A program made the translations under genes and the position numbers. Positions 59,401 to 64,000 of a DNA stretch of 64,000 bases are shown one piece after another (within the stretch, counting starts at the first letter, position 1; the number at the start of each line of letters is the position of its first letter). Origin of the DNA: Ophelia neglecta (lineage: Eukaryota); the NCBI GenBank assembly GCA_965285935.1, contig OZ260665.1:27714001-27778000 (forward strand). The letters run 5' to 3'. The notes below the pieces were generated by a model. It did no database searches, had not been told where the DNA came from, and saw only the letters and a program-made list of their open reading frames with translations.

Positions 59401-61370
59401 GCTTAACCTATGTTTAAATTCCCAAAAGTGAGCACCAAACAATTAAAATGACTCAAATGCCTTTTACTTGCTCCAAGTCCTCCACATTATACTCAAATCT
59501 CCACAGAGTGTCCAATTGAGTCACCCTGGGCTTAATCCCTAAAATAATACTCAATAGTTTGTTCTAAGCTGTCATGTGCTCAAATCCTAAGGTAGCTAGC
59601 TGATCAAATGGAACTTACATGGCTCTAAAGCAGAGCCCCAGACAGTCTCTCAATTCTACCATTGCTGAGTTAGCTGTGACATATTTGAAAAAACTAAAGT
59701 AACTGCATGTATTAATACTTCACTTTGAATAATTGCTTGTGCTATGTTACTAAGTTTTGCAATTTCATTGGAAGAGGTTAATTACTGACAGTTTTCATCT
59801 TATCAACATGGTGGTCGGCCCTATCGTACATCAAACCCATTGTCATGCAATGATATTCAGCTTTAAATATCAAAGCGTTTTTTCGGCACATGCATACTGA
59901 GCTGCCAAAGCTGGTCAATAACGAAGGATATCAGCTAATGCTCTCTGAACTAGTGGACAATTTAACAGACAAATCCTTTTGGAACGGTTACCTTAGCAAT
60001 TGGCAATTTGGCCAAGAAAGCTTCAAATTTCACCAGCTGTCTTTATTATTGAGTCTGTCTGTGTCACACCTAATTGAACGAAGCCTAAAGGAGACCTAAA
60101 TGCATGACTTTCATCATCAAATCTTTACCTGCAGAGATAACAGCCATCCCTGGGCTACTTCACTCAGCTCTTAGGTTTTGGACATGTTATTTATTTAAGT
60201 AGAAATCTGGCTTCAAAAAGCTCAATAATATATGAAGAGTACTGTACACCTATATACAGTATTTGTTCACTGGCTTTCTGAGGGAGAAAGAAATGCAGCA
60301 GTCCCCCAGCACTTGGTATGTCTTACTCATATTCTACAAACCACCTAATATAAATGGAAGGTTGTCATATACATGTAACTCATAAATCAGTGTCCCTTAG
60401 TTAATAATGTTAATGTGGAAACCTTTGCAATCATGACAAAGTATTTTTTCCATGTTCAAACTGACAGAGTAACATAAGTTACCTACAGCACCCACTTTTA
60501 ATATACTTTAGCCAGAACTAATGAATGCTTGACTGTTATTTAGCATTATCTGATCACCATAGATCTGTTGTCTCGGGTTTTCACTGAGCTATGCTATCCA
60601 GTCAGAGCTTCTTCCTCATCCATCCACAACTAACAGGAAAAATGGTGTAGTGTTTGACAACAGTATGTTATGACCTATCACCACCGCAAAAAAAACATAC
60701 ACAAACAGAATGGTTAAAACAGAAATGGTATGTCTAAACAACTCCTGCCTCGACAAAACTCCTCTGAAAAATACATTCGTTATAACCCTTACTGCAATTA
60801 ATTACAATCCATCTTAAAACTTTCTCCAAAGTACTTTTCAGGCACTCACAATTTTAACATCTCAAGGAATAGTTGGTATGAATGTTCTTGAACACATGAT
60901 AGAGCATGCCTTGGGAGAAACTATATACCATTTGCCTCAAGGAAATCACTCTCATTATACAACTGTCCATTTATATGGCCTAAGTTTAAGTCTAAAAATT
61001 TGCAATGAGCCTATGCATTTTCCCAAGAGTTTCAAAATATGTTTTTATGTGAAAAATGTGCATGTAGACAACTAAATAAACAATTACTTATGAACTTACA
61101 TTGTCTCTAACATAGCATACATAAGGATAACATGAAAAGCAGTTTGGAGGTCACAAAGATCAAGCTATCAATTTCAACTGGGTAAGGAGAATATGTCAAG
61201 GGACACTATTCTATTAGAAGATTTACCAGTTAGGATATATTCCTGTTTCAGCAAGCAACTGGGGTGGAGACAGTATCAGTATCAAATTTTCTGTCTCCCA
61301 TTGCCTTTAGATAAAACTTTGGTATGTTACTAGTCATATCAGACTTTGATTCTATTTGTTTTCTTTTCAG

Positions 61371-61609
61371 CCTACCAAGGCCCCAAAGGATGGTGGACCA
61401 GCGGTAACTACATTGTACGCAACAGGAAGTGGATGTGGACTTCCAGACACCACATCATCCCCATCAACTTCTCACGCTGGGCTCCCAACGAACCCGACGC
61501 TCGGTCAACCATGCACTGCATGATTCTGTACAAGGACGCTGCATATCACTGGCACGACGCAATGTGCACCGACAATCACACATTCATTTGTGAAATCGAA
61601 ATAATCTAA
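61371..61609 (+). CDS. Secreted C-type lectin domain protein, coding exon 2 (C-half of CTLD, EPD/WHD, stop)
   Basis: ttcttttcag|CC; WWTSG..WMW..RWAPNEPD..HC..WHDAMC..FICE; phase matches exon 1, giving 289 aa across a 12.2 kb intron. Confidence 0.9.
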
Positions 61610-63747
61610 AATAATCTATACTGCAGCCTGACTGCAATCAAATTTAAATGATTCGCAATGTACATTGTATTATAAATTTATTGGTAATATTGATCAGATT
61701 CTATAAAAAAATCGAATAGAAATCCCTTTAACCCTGACATGAATCAGGGTGAACAAGAAATAGAAGATTGTTGTAGGTTTCCTACAGCTTGACTGATCTT
61801 GAGTAGGATAGGAACCTTGGGTTGGCCCAGTGTGACCTTTTTGTTTTATATATCCTACAATGTACACATAAAGACTAAGCTACACATAACAGTGATCACA
61901 GGACCTTCCTGTAATCTAACTCAATAGTTATTTGTAACCTGACTCATTGGGTTTTTCAATTCCATATATTTTTGCTGTTTCCCTCTTTACATGCTTGACA
62001 TATTTTGGAAAAGTTTCTTGAACAATGCATACAGAATAACTGTTGTTGTATTTTATTTTGTTTTAAGTGGTAGATGTGATCTTCATAAAAATGTAACACA
62101 AAACTCACAAAAGAAGAATTAATCAAAAGGTATGGAATTGAAATATGGTCATTGAGAAAACATTGATGTCTGGACTCTGGGCCAGCCACATTCGTCAAGG
62201 TAACATATTTATTTCCCCTTTTCTTTGACATATTGTGCATGTAGAGCGGTTGTATATCAAGATAACAATGATAATACTGTATATTTTTTCTTGAAGGCAT
62301 TCTGAAATGTGAAATAAATAGTTTGTAAATACAGTAGATGTGTTTACATGCACGCATTATGACTGAACACATGGAAGATCTTCAAATACAGAAACCTAAG
62401 TGTACAAATTCTACTGAGTTCTAAAGTATTAAATTCACAATATCTGTGCTATCAATGCTTTTGAAAAACATCAATGGATTTCTTGTGGATAAAAGACACA
62501 AGCAAACTCGTTGCATGTACCTCTGGTAAGAACAAATAACAGTACACAATTTATATATGGCATTGTATCCTTGAAATACTTGTTTTTTCATTTTTGTTCT
62601 GACAGAAAGTGTACATTGAAAATGTTAATTACGGTTGGTTTTGTCAGAGATCAAATGAGTGTGTCTTAATGAATATTGTCATTTTGTTATATGCAACTTC
62701 AGTGCATTTTAATATTGGAATTGACTTTTGTGAAATACATAGAAAAATGACTGGTCCGTCTGACAGTATAAATAGTAGAAAGTAGCCCCTAATCATATCA
62801 CTGTAAATATATTACAACTGATTTGTTATTATTACCAACAGCACTTGGTCAAGGGGTTAGAATTCCTAGATTACAAATTCAGAGTAACTGGAGTTGAAAT
62901 CTGATTTTCATTATATTGTGGCTGTGTTGTTATAATTTAGGACAAGAACATGTTTACTTTCAGTAGACATGCATTTGTATACACATACATGTATACTACT
63001 GAACTTCCATTGTTATAGAGCTAATATGGGCACACCATCTGAACCAGTAATGACTGTAATGAGCGGAAATGGAAAGCCAGAAGCAATAGTAGTGTAAAAG
63101 AGTGTGAAATGTTACAGAGGTAGTGCTCAAAATTTTGTTAATAAGGTTTAAAATAAACCTTATGTGCAAAAAGTCATGACAGGGCATGTTGCTTTATTAT
63201 TGATATGATTAGTCTCCAACCGTTTACTCAACAATTAGGTGAACATATTTGTACGAAATACAATTCTGGAATGGGCACCACAATCCACCTTGAATTGGCC
63301 AATTCATGTCAAGTATAAACCTTTCAGGATTCCAGATCTGTTAATGAATGAACAAAAGAGTACAGAAGAAGGCATTGCTCATGCAATTCAGGTCATTACT
63401 GGTACAAATCGTGTGCCTCTATAGGGGAGGCTAGTTTATGTCAATTTGAATGCATTTGGTTTGATTTTGAAAATAGTTTATTAATTAGCATGATTTAATT
63501 AAGAAACAAATGGAAAAAAATAACTTGTCGTAGATAAAATGTCTTTTTTGCTTCTTTCTTGAGTTCAGTTGTCTCAGTAGAAAAAAGGAGTTGTATATTT
63601 TCATCTTGATGGGTGTTATTTGTACAAACTACATGTAAATGAAATAAATTTGTTGGTATGTTGTTCAACTAAGCATTGTTAAGAATTATAGATCATTGAA
63701 CCACACATTTAAACACTGATAGAAGATAGAAGGTAATCAGAACTCGG

Positions 63748-64000
63748 CTCTCTGTGCTGTAAACGAGGACCACGGCTATAGATCTGTATTGTGCCGCTCT
63801 CTCTGCTGTAAACGAGGACCACGGCTATAGATCTGTATTGTGTGTCTCTCTCTGCTGTAAACGAGGACCACGGCTATAGATCTGTATTGTGTCTCTCTCT
63901 CTGCTGTAAACGAGGACCACGGCTATAGATCTGTATTGTGTGTCTCTCTCTGCTGTAAACGAGGACCACGGCTATAGATCTGTATTGGGCCACTCTCTCT
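63748..64000. repeat. 49-bp minisatellite (>=5 copies, runs off window)
   Basis: GCTGTAAACGAGGACCACGGCTATAGATCTGTATTG...CTCTCT at exact 49-nt spacing. Confidence 0.93.

Noticed and set aside
49192-61370. Additional lectin-gene exons within the 12 kb intron
   Set aside because: The two coding exons already join in phase into a complete CTLD; intervening ORFs look random
62313-63648. AATAAA sites as the lectin polyadenylation signal
   Set aside because: Several candidates in AT-rich DNA; cannot choose without transcript data

Overview
Eukaryotic (invertebrate metazoan, probably lophotrochozoan/mollusc-like; organism not determinable here), AT-rich genomic DNA. The minus strand carries the middle part of a giant adhesion GPCR gene, ADGRV1 (VLGR1/GPR98). 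I could chain 50 consecutive phase-consistent exons by hand (39455 down to 42; 8877 nt, 2959 codons). They encode tandem Calx-beta repeats, a Cys-rich PAN/apple-like insert and the EAR/EPTP repeat block; neither end of the gene is in the window. The region above 39455 shows no further ADGRV1 exon and is inferred to be one >24 kb intron. It contains an oppositely oriented two-coding-exon gene for a secreted 289-aa protein (signal peptide, Cys motif, coiled coil, C-type lectin domain with EPD/WHD). Introns hold two TA-flanked MITE families, a Helentron/HINE-like element, a 3' LINE remnant and several minisatellites. The most striking signal: at 7 of the 49 internal introns, the 3' end of the exon plus its 5' splice donor has been amplified into a tandem array (units 38-63 bp, 2-45 copies). 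No acceptor AG is duplicated. In several arrays the exon-derived part differs from the real exon mostly at synonymous positions, and two arrays are in frame and stop-free. All coordinates and counts are manual and may be off by a few bases.
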